From Haliotis rubra (taxonomy: Eukaryota), in the NCBI RefSeq assembly GCF_003918875.1, contig NW_025765070.1, positions 1 through 64,000 on the forward strand: 64,000 nt of DNA. Reading direction: 5' to 3'. The notes beneath the pieces were generated by a model. That model ran no database searches, was not told the origin of the DNA, and saw nothing but the letters and a program-made list of their open reading frames with translations. A program made the translations under genes and the position numbers. Below are positions 23,201 to 38,200 of this stretch, piece after piece (position 1 is the first letter of the stretch; every line of letters starts with the position of its first letter).

Positions 23201-26200
23201 CCGTCACGTGAACTGGTTCCTGACTTGACTGAAGCAGCAGAGTTGGACTTAACATCCATCATGTCATCATCCCAGTACTCCACTTCCACTGACTGGTTTG
23301 TCTCTTTCCCAGAGTTGTCAATCTTCACCACCAGAAGGTCCTTCTGTCTCTCCACCTTCCGGGATTCATCTCCACTGGAGAATGTTCTCTGACGAGGTGA
23401 GCGGTCACCACGACCTCGACCACGACCGCGGCCGCGAGCACGACCTCTACCCACTGGCTTAGTTTGCACATCTTGTTCCTGCTTGACACCTGCTAAATAT
23501 TCAATCCAATGTATGAGGAATATATACAGAAAACATAAGAACCAGTAATGAGTTATGACGTTAGACTCTCTCACCACTGATTACTTCAGTACAGGGCTTT
23601 CAACATTTCTGGTTCTCATTAATGTTTATCAAAATTCCATTGCATTGAATTGAAAGACCATTTCCTTGTCACAGAACTACATACAGAAGTTACTAACAGA
23701 AAATGAAACCAGGAAGTTGATAAGCAGAACTTTTACCTGTATCCTTATCATACTTACATAGCTCAAATAACAAATATACTAGTTAGTTAAACACAGTATG
23801 TTTATACTTGTGAATACAATGCATGAAATAGAGATACAATTAGTTGTTACTTGAAGATAACAAATGGTAGTTTTAACATCATGCAACTAGCATCACTACA
23901 TGATGACAATGAAAGTGCTTTGTTGTGGTCTGTATGCTGTCAATGTAACCTGCAGCAGGTGATCATACCAGTGTCCCTGATACTGAAGGAATGATACAAG
24001 ATGCATGGTGGAGTCAATGAAGTCACAAGTCAGTCTGGGATACCATGATGTCAGTTGTACGTTGTCTTTTCAAAATTAATTAGATGCTATGAAAAAGATT
24101 GTGACACAGTTTCCGCAGAAAAGACACAAATTGTAACAAGTCCTTGATGTATGTTTTACAGTTTGATGTATTTGATGTATCATTAATTGCCTGCCTTGTG
24201 CAGTGCTAGGATGTCAGCTCTAGCCCACACCTAGTGAATAACACACTTAGTGGTTGTGATGTTGATAACATGATGTTGTGATGAAGGTTACATGAAGTGT
24301 GTAAGGATTTGATGCAGGTAGGATATGTGTCATGATGTGATGCAGGTAAGATGATATGTGTCATGATGTGATGCAGGTAAGATGATATGTGTCATGATGT
24401 GATGCAGGTAAGATGATATGTGTCATGATGTGATGCAGGTAAGATGATAGGTGTCATGATGTGATGCAGGTAAGATGATAAGTGTCATGATGTGATGCAG
24501 GTAAGATGATAAGTGTCATGATGTGATGCAGGGAAGATGATGTGTGTCATGATGTGATGCAGGTAAGATGATAAGTGTCATGATGTGATGCAGGTAAGAT
24601 TATGTGTGTCATGATGTGATGCAGGTAAGATGATAAGTGTCATAATGTGATGCAGGTAAGATGATGTATGTCATGATGTGATGCAGGTAAGATGATAAGT
24701 GTCATGATGTGATGCAGGTAAGATTATGTGTGTCATGATAAGTGTCGTGATGTGATGAAGTAAGATGATGTGTGTCATGATGTGATGCAGGTAAGATGAT
24801 ATGTGTCATGATGTGATGCAGGTAAGATGATGTGTGTCATTGATGTGATGCAGGTAAGATGATATGTGTCATGATGTGATGCAGGTAAGATGATAAGTGT
24901 CATGATGTGATGCAGGTAAGATGATATGTGTCATGATGTGATGCAGGTAAGATGATATGTGTCATGATGTGATGCAGGTAAGATGATAAGTGTCATGATG
25001 TGATGCAGGGAAGATGATGTGTGTCATGATGTGATGCAGGTAAGATGATAAGTGTCATGATGTGATGAAGTAGTAAGATGATATGTGTCATGATGTGATG
25101 CAGGTAAGATGATAAGTGTCATGATGTGATGCAGGGAAGATGATGTGTGTCATGATGTGATGCAGGTAAGATGATAAGTGTCATGATGTGATGAAGTAAG
25201 ATGATGTGTGTCATGATGTGATGCAGGTAAGATGATATGTGTCATGATGTGATGCAGGTAAGATGATGTGTGTCATTGATGTGATGCAGGTAAGATGTGT
25301 CATGATGTGATGCAGGTAAGATGATAAGTGATCAAGATGATGTATCATGATGATGCAGGTAAGATTGTGTGTGTCATGATGTGATGCAGGTAAGATGATA
25401 TGTGTCATGATGTGATGCAGGTAAGATGATAAGTGTCATGATGTGATGTAGGTAAGATGATAAGTGTCATGATGTGATGCAGGTAAGATGATACGTATCA
25501 TGATGTGATGCAGGTAAGATTATGTGTGTCATGATGTGATGCAGGTAAGATGATATGTATCATGATGTGATGCAGGTAAGATGATAAGAATCATGATGTG
25601 ATGCAGGTAAGATGGAAGTGTCTTGATGTGATGCAGGTAAGATATGTGTCATGATGTGATGCAGGTAAGATGATATGTATCATGATGTGATGCAGGTAAG
25701 ATGATATGTGTCATGATGTGATGCAGGTAAGATGATGTGTGTCATGATGTGATGCAGGTAAGATGATAAGTGTCATGATGTGATGCAGGTATGATGATGT
25801 GTGTCATGATGTTATGCAGGTAAGATGATAAGTGTCATGATGTGATGGAGTAAGATTATGTGTGTCATGATGTGATGCAGGTAACATGAAGTGTAAATGT
25901 TCTAATGATGGTCACATGGCGTGTATGAAATGATGTTTGTATAACAATACTTGTGATTACAGATATGTGATTTTGGACACCTTCAACTAGGTGATTGCTG
26001 ACAGGGAGTGGACAGGGATTTCTATTGGAAAACTGGGGCTGGAGGGGTAGAGAGTGGTACAAGAGGGCTAGAAAAGTGGTAGAACGGTAAAGGGAGCTGG
26101 AGGGGGTAGTAAGAGGGTAGAAAGGGGTGGAGGGGGCTAGAGGGGTAGAGAGAGGTTAAAGGGGGCTGGAGGTATTAGGTATAGGAGAAAATACGCCCCC

Positions 26201-29200
26201 GAGGTTTTGGTAGAGAACGTAAAACCGAGGGATAAGGGAAATACCGAGGGGCTAAGGTATTAGAATGGGGGTTGAAAGGCGTGAAAGGGGCTAGAGGCAG
26301 CAGAGAGGTTAAAGGGGGCTGGAGGGGTAGTTAGAGGGTAGAAAGGGGTGGAGGGGCTAGAAGCTGTAGAGAGAGGTTAAAGGGGGCTGGAGGGGTTAGA
26401 GAGAAGGTAGAAAGGGGTGGGAGGGGCTAGAGGTGGTAGAGAGAGTTTAAAGGGGCTGGAGGGGGTAGAAAGGGGTGGAGGGGCAAGAAGCGGTTGAGAG
26501 AGGTTAAAGGGGGCTGTAGAGGATAGAAAGGGGGTAGAAAGGGGTGAAGGAGACTAGAGGGGGTAGAGAGAGGTAAAAGGGGGGCTGGAAGGGTTAGAAA
26601 GGGGTAGACAGGGTTGGATGGGATAGAAATGGAGGAGATGGAGACTGCTGGAAGTATTAGAGAGATGGAGCAAGTAAAATGAGTTATGAAGGAGTTGAAA
26701 AGATAGGGAGAAAGTTGTAAGGGTGTATACGGGAAAGTTTGCTGGTATACCACTAGTTTTTGCAAAAGAATAGGTGGATGGAGTAGATGGTTAGGCAGGG
26801 GTAGACAGGGGTTGGAAGAGGTTGGAGGGGTTGGACGGAAGAGAGTCTACTGGAACATATCTTCACCATTTGTGTATTGATTGTGTCATGACTTCATAAT
26901 CTAATCTCAACTATGCAGACTTGACTAGATCTGTGGATGTTGTGATATGTATAGCACTGGACTGTCCCAGGCTGACGTAAAGCAGCCATCAGGCAGGAAA
27001 CAGTCACAGCATTACAGCAGTCCAGAAGGCCTCACTTTCAATCTTAATCCGTCTGGACAGGCAATCTTAACAACTGGGATGTTTATGACAAAGAAGTTGA
27101 GAAAGATCCATTTTAGTTGTTATGATCAGAATTTGTAGGATTCATCTGAGAATGACCTCAGCTCCACCTACAATACAGTTAAATAATGTGGCTTCATTAT
27201 TTGTGAAAACACCTATGAACAATACAAGCCACGGCCATTTGCCCTGACTCTACAGCAGTAACACAGAGGGGAAGGATATGGTATTTCCAACTTGACATTT
27301 CCACAAACAAGTTCCACAAACATTAATCATAGTTTTTCTGCAATCCACAACATGGGTCAATTATGCTTCATAACAAGTGGTCACACAAGTTTTCATTAAA
27401 CTTTTGCCTCGGTTATATACAAGGAGGTGAAACTGTAGAGACCTAATGAACTAGCGTGAGGAACCTACAGTGTGTATTGCCTCGGTTATATACAAGGAGG
27501 TGAAACTGTAGAGACCTAATGAACTAGCGTGAGGAACCTACAGTGTGTATTGCCTCGGTTATATACAAGGAGGTGAAACTGTAGAGACCTAATGAACTAG
27601 CGTGAGGAACCTACAGTGTGTATTGCCTCGGTTATTTACAAGGAGGTGAAACTGTAGAGACCTAATGAACTAGCGTGAGGAACCTACAGTGTGTATTGCC
27701 TCGGGTTATATATACAAGGAGGTGAAACTGTAGAGACCTAATGAACTAGCTGAGGAACCCTACAGTGTGTATTGCCTCGGGTTATATACAAGGAGGTGAA
27801 ACTGTAGAGACCTAATGAACTAGCTGCGAGGAACCTACAGTGTGTATTGCCTCGGTTATATACAAGGAGGTGAAACTGTAGAGACCTAATGAACTAGCTG
27901 AGGAACCTACAGTGTGTATTGCCTTGGTTATATACAAGGAGGTGAAACTGTAGAGACCTAATGAACTAGCGTGAGGAACCTACAGTGTGTATTGCCTCGT
28001 TATATACAAGGAGGTGAAACTGTAGAGACCTAATGAACTAGCGTGAGGAACCTACAGTGTGTATTGCCTCAAGTTATATACAAGGAGGTGAAACTGTAGA
28101 GACCTAATGAACTAGCGCGTGAGGAACCTACAGTGTGTATTGCCTCGGTTATATACAAGGAGGTGAAACTGTAGAGACCTAATGAACTAGCGTGAGGAAC
28201 CTACAGTGTGTATTGCCTCGGTTATATACAAGGAGGTGAAACTGTAGAGACCTAATGAACTAGCGTGAGGAACCTACAGTGTGTATTGCCTCGGTTATAT
28301 ACAAGGAGGTGAAACTGTAGAGACCTAATGAACTAGCGTGAGGAACCTACAGTGTGTATTGCCTCGGTTATATACAAGGAGGTGAAACTGTAGAGACCTA
28401 ATGAACTAGCGTGAGGAACCTACAGTGTGTATTGGGTGATATGTGGACACAGTATATCTGGCAATTGCTTTGGTGCAATTATATCATGATCTCCTTGAAC
28501 CCGTATCAACACCTAGGTTGTCCATAGTCACTGACACTAATACAAACACACTCTGTGCAATCGGCTGTGAAGATTTAACACATAAATTACAACCTTAAAA
28601 CATGACACTCGTATTAAACACTCAAAGTGAATTAGAGTTAAGCAGTTGGATTCAAACCTACTACTAGGTGGGTGCTGCAGACATCAACCAGCTCACACCT
28701 GAATACAGTGACATGCCCTGGTAACACACCCAACAACCAAAGCCAGACCTCACAGTAGGGAGAAGAGAAATTATTGGAGCCTGACATCAGATGTGTTCAC
28801 TACTTGCACCATTCGACTCAAGCAGATCAGACAGAACTGAGGTCAGTCACTTTGGAAATATCTTCATATCTAATTCAGTTTTTCAAGATGAAGTTTTATG
28901 TTTAAGTGACCTGACAAAGGCCACACTGACTGGTCCCTGTGAAGTGTCGCTGACAAAGGCCACACTGACTGGTCCCTGTGTCCCTGCTTGACAGTCTGCC
29001 TGGTACAACCAATGAAACTGTACTCACCCCACCTTACACACACTGTACATGAGCCTTGTACACATTGGCATTTCTACATAACATATTTTAGAACACTAGG
29101 GAAACATACAAGCAACAGAGAGCAGTCACATTTCCTGGGGATGTTCCATGCATTGTGAGTTTCTGTACTGAAGATGACAGTAAGTTCAGATTATGTACAT

Positions 29201-32200
29201 CATCAAGTAAAGATTTGTTTCATCAATTGTATTTTATAATCTCTTGTTTGTTACCATTGTATTTACATCTCTTTTAACCATTGTATTTACATCTCTTTAA
29301 TGTTGCCATTGTATTTACATCACTGTATTTACTTAATGTTTGCCATTGTATTTACATGTCTGAGTACAACCATTGTATTTACACATGTTGCCATTGTATT
29401 TACATCGCTTAATGTTTCCATTGTATTTACATCTGAGAGTTTGTTAATGTTTCCATTGTATTTACATCGCTTTAATGTTGCCATTGTATTTACATCGCTT
29501 AATGTTGCCATTGTATTTACATCGCTTAATGTTTCCACTGTATTTACATCGCTTAATGTTTCCATAGTATTTACATCGCTTAATGTTGCCATTGTATTTA
29601 CATTGCTTAATGTTTCCATTATATATAAATCTCTCACTGCTACCATTATATATAAATCTCTCACTGCTACCATTATATATAAATCTCTTACTGTTACCAT
29701 TGTATTTACATCTCTGTGTGTTTCCATTGTATTTACATGTCTGAGTGCTGAAATTGTATTTACATCTGTGTGTGTTGCCAATGTTGGTATAACACAGGTA
29801 CAACATGTCTATTTGATGTAACTGTACATGTTGCTCTCTTCTTATCAGGGAGTCTCACTGTACACTGTGGGTGTACTCAAAGATACTTCAGATTGAGGAA
29901 CATGTGTTAAGTGTGCATGTGTTTGATAAATTCAATCTTTTATGCTCAGGAATATATTACGTATGACACTATGAAGTGCAGGCATTCAGGAAATAAGAAC
30001 ATGATTGATTTCAGTGTTTTTTGACAGAGGCAAACCAAATCAGACAAATAAATCAAATCAGTGAAAGCATTGCTTGCCTCTGATCAGTGTATCACAAGGG
30101 AGATAAGTACAAAGCCACAAGGCCATAATATAGTTGCCCATGATATGTACAGCACTCCAAGGACACTCTTGCTGGGAAAACACATGCAGTTAATAGCTTC
30201 AGTTGTTCAAGGGTTGAACAAAGTGAAAACCTTCTTCAACAATAGCTGCAACTAGTGGAGCATTAGATAGCTTGTTGAAGGACCAAACAAAAATGATCAA
30301 GATGACAATTCTTAAAGGTCACATGCAACCAAAAAATCAAACATAATTAGAACACAATTATCACCTATTCATGACATATAATATACATTGTTGATTATGA
30401 AAAAACAAAATTATAAGCGTACAATCGCAAATCAAAAGTGCAATATGTTGTACTTGGGTTTACTTCCCTCGAAACGAATCAGCCGGGATACCGAACCCAG
30501 GCAGAGTGGGTGGGTGTGCACTAAAGTGTAACGGCTGGTTCATTTGCAGATGCCCTCACGGCTCATTGTGTGTGTATATATAGAGATGTTCGGTTTTGTA
30601 AATACATGCTCATTTTTTTAGTATAACATTTTGCAATCAACAGACATCATAACATGTCATGTGTACAAGTATCACACCTGCCTGTCTGTGTAATTACATA
30701 ATGTGACAGAGACCGAACTCGGGCCATAAATCAATGCGTTTTGTTTATGGTGTATAGCCTGATAGGCGTTAAGTTCAAATTGCATGCGGTCAGTGATCGA
30801 AGTTGTGTATTGAATATTGTCATTAGCAGACAGGCAGGCAGACACATATATAGGTGTCAGTAAAACAGACATTGAGTTTTGTCTGTGACAACGACATATC
30901 TATATCACAGTTAGAAATTCTGTCAACGCTAAATAATGACATTGCTTTTAAGTATCGAACTGAGAAAGTGACTCGGTAAGAAGAACGTGTGGTGAAATAG
31001 ACAAATGAAATTATATAAACAGTAAAATCGATAATCTACTGTCATGACATATAAAAAGCTCGCGCCTGTGAAATGGTTTACTCCCGGAATGCCGGCATGT
31101 TACGGTTGCTGAACTAATCCGTTGTTGTTTCAACTATGGGGGTCGTATCAAATATCCATGTACAATTTACAAGGGGTGGTACATGTAGAGTCTTCTCTAA
31201 CCATCTGTTTGAGATTAGAAAGAAAACTATCTACGGCGATCTTGGTATCATCTGCAGGATGGTTGTGGGCCTGACCTTGCTTCGTCACAAGGTCATCTTT
31301 GGGGTTGATGGTTGAAGTACAGCCTGGTGTTGAGCATATCCAATGGATGCTATTTTGTCGTCAAAAATATCAACAAAACATAGCCCACACCAAAGCCTTC
31401 ACCAAGTATTCACCGGACAACCCGCTTCCAAGCTGCGTGAACCTATTTCACTGCACATGTGCTATGAGTACAGCCCAGCGAAGCGCAACCCAGCTGCTGA
31501 AACCACTTTTCCCCAAAGCGCTGGGGGAAAATTAGTGAATCGTTTGAACTCTGATTTCACGCGGTTTTGTTCATCGCGTTATTTTTCAACTTTATAAGTT
31601 GAATTTGCATTTTTGATGATTTGTTTCGGTAAGTCCATACCGAAAGGTATCAGGATCTGCAAAGTTGCGTTTTACGTTGCATGTGACCTTTAATACAAGA
31701 CACCAGTGACTCACATAAACAACCCAAATGATAGTTTTGATAGACTTGAGAATATAGAATCATATGGTATTACATTTCAGTATGCTAGTTTTACTGACAT
31801 AAATGTCATACTTCAGTTTCATTAAGGTTGTTTGAAAGGCTTATGTTTTGACACACAGATGCACATACGTGACCTCAAAGACATGATGTCATACTGCATA
31901 CTAAAACTATATATAAATGGCATGTTCATACATGCATGAATGTTGTGTAATGTCCCAACACACATTGGTAAAAGGACTCCTATGGCTCATGTCAAATCAC
32001 ACAACTAGGGTTACATTCTAATATCACATCTGAAGGGGCAAACACAGCTGGAAGACAGCACACAACACTAAAATATGGCACAGATGAACCTTTTTTGTTC
32101 ACATTACCAAAAACACCATGTTTTTCCCAAATAGAATCAGATGCAATCTTAAGATGGACAGGTCATTACACATGTTCAATTGTAATGTTGGTCCTTTGTC

Positions 32201-35200
32201 TTTGGATAGGATGGACAGGTCATTATGTATGTTCAACTGTAATGTTTGTCCTTGCGTAAAGACATCTTATCCAGTAGTAGCCATTTAGAGATATGGAGCA
32301 GTGAGCAGAGAACAAATTTCACAGTATCTGACCTAATTTCCACATACAACATTGCATGGCTTAAATGGTACTAGCAACAGGTGCAGCAAACATCTGATAG
32401 AGAGCACACCCTGGTACTGGATAGAAAGAGAGCACACCCATTCTGGTTACAGATTCACTCGAGCGGAGAGGGAGCGTACACTCTTGAAGGAGGAGACTTG
32501 GATTATATCAGGTAGTACATAGATCTGCCTCAGTAGAATTCTGCATACAAAAATCTAACTCGTTTGAGCTATTTTATCAGAAAGGTAGCCTATCCCAAAC
32601 ACAGCACCAATGTGTGTCTACATTGTACTGTCGACATTTGGCATTCTTGAACTAATTGTCTTCAATTTTGTCTGGATTATTTTTACTATTGGAATGATGA
32701 CTTTGTGTCAGATCTGTCATTGTTTGTGTACAGTCATCGTAAACATTATCAAGTGTGAGGTCAACTTCTTTCTGAGAAAGATATAAAGTACATCCTATTA
32801 CTGGATACAGAGCCCAGTACCCGAGTACTGGATAGAGACAGTACACCCAATGGATAGTGAGTACCAGGTACTGAATAGGTCAAGCATAGCAATGTAAAGG
32901 GGTACACCCTAAGAATGGACAGTCGACCCCCCTGTTGCATAATGAACACCCTACTAGATAGTGAGAGTACATCCAACAAGACCAATAGAGATGATACACC
33001 TACTGAATAGAGAGAACACCCTGCTGGATAGAGAAAAACCTATTGGGCAGAAAGAAGACCGCACTGGAAAGTCAGAACACCATACTCGATTGATAGAAAA
33101 CCCCACTGGAAAGTGAGAACACCCTACTCGATAGATAGAACACCCAATAGGAAAGTGAGAACACCCTACTGATAGAGAGAATACCCAACAGGACAGTAAA
33201 TATGCATAGTACTCTAAAGAGAATACAGCCTTCTGGATAGATAGAGTACAGAGAATAAAAGCAAACCTTGGTCTGTATCAAGAGGCCTAAGCTCGATTGG
33301 CATAAAGTTGTCACTGGTTTAATGTCCCTAAACTTAGTTTAAAGAAGGTTGCAAATCACCTGTATGATGCACCTGACTGACTTGGGCAAAGGCTATCTCT
33401 ACAATAACTACAGACCCCCTTATAAGCAGCATGCACCAGACACAGTGAGGCTACCTATCACAGATACTTTCTCTAACTACAACAATCAGGCACAGAAAAC
33501 AGTGTCAACAAGCAAATATCACTGATAATTGTCCGCTTGTACAGAAATCAAACACTTGATAACGCTGTGTAAAGATCTACGAGTACTATCTGTATAACAT
33601 CAACGCCATAAGTTCCCATGTTGTCATCACACTGTAAACATTATCCAATACTATATTCACTGTCAACTTTTTGAGAAACTAGTTTTGAGGTACAATGCAA
33701 CTTGATTGGAGCAGGACATTGCCACTTCCTTCCAATGATGTTGACTATCTAAACACCTATAAATTGTGGAGGTGAGAGTGACTACTTCCTGACATAATCG
33801 ACACAGTATTGATATACTCTACCTCCATTACATCAAAGTAAGGATTTACAATAGGGATCAGACATCCAGTCATTCTAGACAGTTTGCAGCAGGGAAATAG
33901 AGACATAAGCCTACGTGTTCTGATTTCTGCTTAGTATTGTTTCCTAGTTTAGTACCAATGACATACAAGTAGTGTGTAATCAGTCTAACCAACGTTCCAT
34001 GTTGTTTCTGTTTATTGAGGTGTCAGTTATGTGCTCCTATCACCCATATTGTATATAATCGCCTCTGCCATCATGAAACAAAAAATGTCAAGAACAGTCT
34101 TCTTTGAATTTAAAAATGTCATACCTTGAGTACTCTTTTAATTAAGTATCTGTAAGTGTTTGATATTGCCAGTGCCACATATGTATGAAAATATAAAATG
34201 CAAATTAAAATCTGAACAAACTAGCCTAAAAAAGGACAGCAAAAGTTTGCCTGTGCTATTTTATTGCAGGGCTCGATATATGAAATGAAACCTATTTTGC
34301 CCAACCTCAGGTAAAAACCTTGTTGCACCAGACAAAAACAGTCTGCACCTGCTGCTCATTATATAAGCCTCTAAAATTTACAACAAAATTATTCTGGATC
34401 TGAAAAAGAAAAGCAGGATTTATGGATGTCAACTTCTTTATTGTGAATAACATGACGTTTCGGAGTGTATGCTTGCTCCTTCATCAGGTGAAGGATCCGA
34501 TAAGATCATTTCATATTACTATGTAAGATTTCATGGCATAAACAGTAACAGTCATTCAATCACTGCTCCAAGCCAGTTCGTCTGTATTCTTTTGAAGGCT
34601 GTGTTCTTTGTACACTAAAATATTCACAAGCACTGGGTGCAAGCTGGTTTCAATATGAGGTTTCGCAGTTTCTGGTTGGAACAGGTTCTAAGTTGAGCCT
34701 TGCATGGGGTCCCAGTTAAAAACTTTTTATAAAGATGGCATTATGACTGACATACGTCATATGAACTTTGAATTAAAACTTTGAACTCTCTACTTTCTGA
34801 GACTAAAAATTAGTTTCAATATTGCTCCTACTTGTAAAAGAAAGGGTGAACTTATGTGTTTTATGTCCACATAGATATACCCAATAGATAATTCATATAG
34901 TTAGACGATGAGTACTTCTTGATCCTATCATATCAAGAAATCAAACCACTAAATGTACTTACACTAGATCTAGTTTCATTGGGTACGACAGGTCCTCTAT
35001 CATATCAAGAAATCAAACCACTATGTGTACTTAAACTAGATCTAGTTTCATCGGGGACGACAGGTCCTCTATCATATCAAGAAATCAAACCACTATGTGT
35101 ACTTACACTAGATCTAGTTTCATCGGGTACAACAGGTCCTCTATCATATCAAGAAATCAAACCACTATGTGTACTTACACTAGATCTAGTTTCATCGGGT

Positions 35201-38200
35201 ACAACAGGTCCTCTATCAGAAAAAGCTTGTATGCATCACGATGCATGCAGAGTTGTACGTTTACCACTTTTTCCATGATCATTCAGATTCATCCGAACAT
35301 CAACAATTCAGATTGTGTTTGTTCATAACTAATCCAACCGAAATCTGCTCATTTTCAAATAGTGAGGAACTCCTGTGTTTTCTTTCACTAAAGACCCCAA
35401 AAAAGGATTTCATTATGAAGAAAATACCAGACTGCCAGCACTCAGTGTGAAGTGACCGATGTTAACAACTGCCGCTGTGGGGAGTTGGGTGTTGAGAAAA
35501 TTCGATTTTTAAATTGCAAAATTTTCTATTTGAGGTACATAAACTTCTTGAAGTTTATATATTTTGAAATCTGAGTATTTATGCATACCATTGATACTTC
35601 AAATGATACGTAAATCCTACTTGGTAAATAGTTATTGCAAGTTGGGGATTTGGGGGATGTCATTAAATAGTCTCCTGTGAAATGGTTTCGACACCAGCAC
35701 TGAGAGGATAACCTGATAATAGGGTTTACTTCAAAACTATTGCAGAGAAAGTTAGTAGCAAACAGGATGTCTTTGAAAACATAAATATTTGACAGTGTAA
35801 TGACAGCCAACATTGGGAATTTATGGCTATCGGGTAATAGAAGCAGGGTTTTCAATGGAATTATATATTTCAATTGTCAAGTATCTAAGATATTTTCGTG
35901 GAATTTTCACTCAATCTCACAAGAAAGATGTAACTACCTGGTCGTTTGGCTGGCTCTGTTCTCTGTGGACTTGAAGATTGTTCGAAACTAGAACAAATTA
36001 AAGAAGCATATAGTTTTACCAGGTATTTCATTACACCAAAATGTCCAAGTTTTTTGTCACTATGATCATGAAAGAAGAATACTTATAGACAACACTTGAA
36101 TATGGTCTGTGAAACTATCTGGATGTATATGATCAACACCACTTACTCTTGCTGATTCTTATCAGCATCCCACGCACGCCGCCACTCTCCTGATGTCGAT
36201 TTCTGGCGGTCCATTCTCTCCTGGTCCACACGGTCGCGTTCTGCTTTCCACTCCAGATACTGCTTCCGCTCTTTCCCTGTCATCGCCATTGCAAGCTCCA
36301 TCTTGGTGCGTGGGGGTCCTGACTTAGGACGTTCCTGGAACAAGATCACAACACTACATCCACAACATCAAGATAACATCATCATGGTGTTAAACATATG
36401 TGATCACATCCTGACAAGCATGCAGTGGGCCAAGAAATGTACAGAACACATAGTACAGATCACATCCTGACACACATGCAGTGGGCCAAGAAACGTCCAG
36501 AACAAACGCACAACATACCAGACATATAGTACAGATCACATCCTGACACACATGCAACAGAACACATAGTACATCACATCCTGACACACATGCAGAAACG
36601 TACAGAACACATAGTACAGATCACATCCTGACACACATGCAGTGGGCCAAGAAACGTACAGAACACATAGTACACAGATCACATCCTGACACACATGCAG
36701 TGGGCCAAGAAACGTACAGAACACATAGTACAGATCACATCCTGACACACATGCAGTGGGCCAAGAAACGTACAGAACACATAGTACAGATCACATCCTG
36801 ACACACATGCAGTGGGCCAAGAAACGTACAGAACACATAGTACAGATCACATCCTGACACACATGCAGTGGGCCAAGAAACGTACAGAACACATAGTACA
36901 GATCACATCCTGACACACATGCAGTGGGCCAAGAAACGTACAGAACACATAGTACAGATCACATCCTGACACACATGCAGTGGGCCAAGAAACGTACAGA
37001 ACACATAGTACAGATCACATCCTGACACACATGCAGTGGGCCAAGAAACATACAGAACACATAGTACAGATCACATGTGACAGATCCCACTTCAGAAAGT
37101 CTATATATACTTATCCAAGTTAAACTTATATAAGTTAAGCATACAGATGTGCATAGATGTCCCAGTTCAGAATAGAACTGTCTGTAGTTGATTGGAATAT
37201 ACTGTATTCCCTATAACAACCTGGCTCTATCCAAGGACAATCAGAACAAGCAGTTGTCACTAAGGTGACATAATCCCCCGCTGCAAATGATCAAATCAAA
37301 CTTAAAAAGAAATGAAAGTGAAGGTCGTGGTTTAAGATGAAGTTCAAAGTCAACAAACACATGACCAGTCAACCTCTCTTGATATCAAGAGAAGTCTTGA
37401 AAGTCTATGAAGAAAATCCAGTGAACTGTTCTTGAGATATCTTGCTGACAATCTTAACATGCAAGGTTAACATGCTGAAATCTTAAAAGTGTCACTGTGA
37501 CCTAGAAAATTAAGTGAAGGTCACCAAAATCAACTGGGCCCTGCACCCTGGTGTCAAATATGATGAAAATCCATTGAATGGTTCTGGAGGTATCTCGCTG
37601 ACAAGCTTAACATGTACGTTAACATGCTGAAACCTTCAAAGTGTCACTGTGACCTTGAAAATTGAGATTTCTTGCTGACAAGGGTAAAACGTTAAAGTAG
37701 CCGTGTAACCTTGAAATGAAGGTCAAGGTCACCAAACCTGACTGGGACCTTTTGCATACTGTGATGAACCTAGGTACCAAGTATGAAAAGAATCTAGCTT
37801 CGCACTAAACGCGCGGCGGGAGATAATTATATCATAATCATTTTCAAGTCAGTTCTTCCACATGCTTGATTTGACCACACACACAGACACACACAAAAGA
37901 CAGGAGAAATCACAAAGGGGTACATCTGAATGGAAAATTCTTTAAAAAAAACCCACCTGATCACATAATCAGTAACTAAGTTATTACCTGGCGTTCTTTG
38001 GTTGTTCTCATTTGTGTTTTGACATTATTAAAGTCTTGACCCCCATAATTTTTGGGGTGTCGTCTTGTGTCAGGTTTGCGGACTTTTTCCACTGGAGTTT
38101 CTCCGTTAGATTCCTTGGCAGGCCCTTCTCTGCGTCGGTCAGCAAGGAAGTTGTAGGAGGGGTCTGGAGGTGGACCCTGTGCAAGTAGGAAAACATTACA

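Noticed and set aside
29300-29821. Hydrophobic 173-aa ORF and antisense ORFs
   Set aside because: Artefact of the 27-bp degenerate repeat.
35265-35345. Candidate extra CCDC9 exon ending GKSG/GTAAAC
   Set aside because: There is an in-frame TGA before any usable acceptor, and exon 35938-35987 already satisfies the phase.
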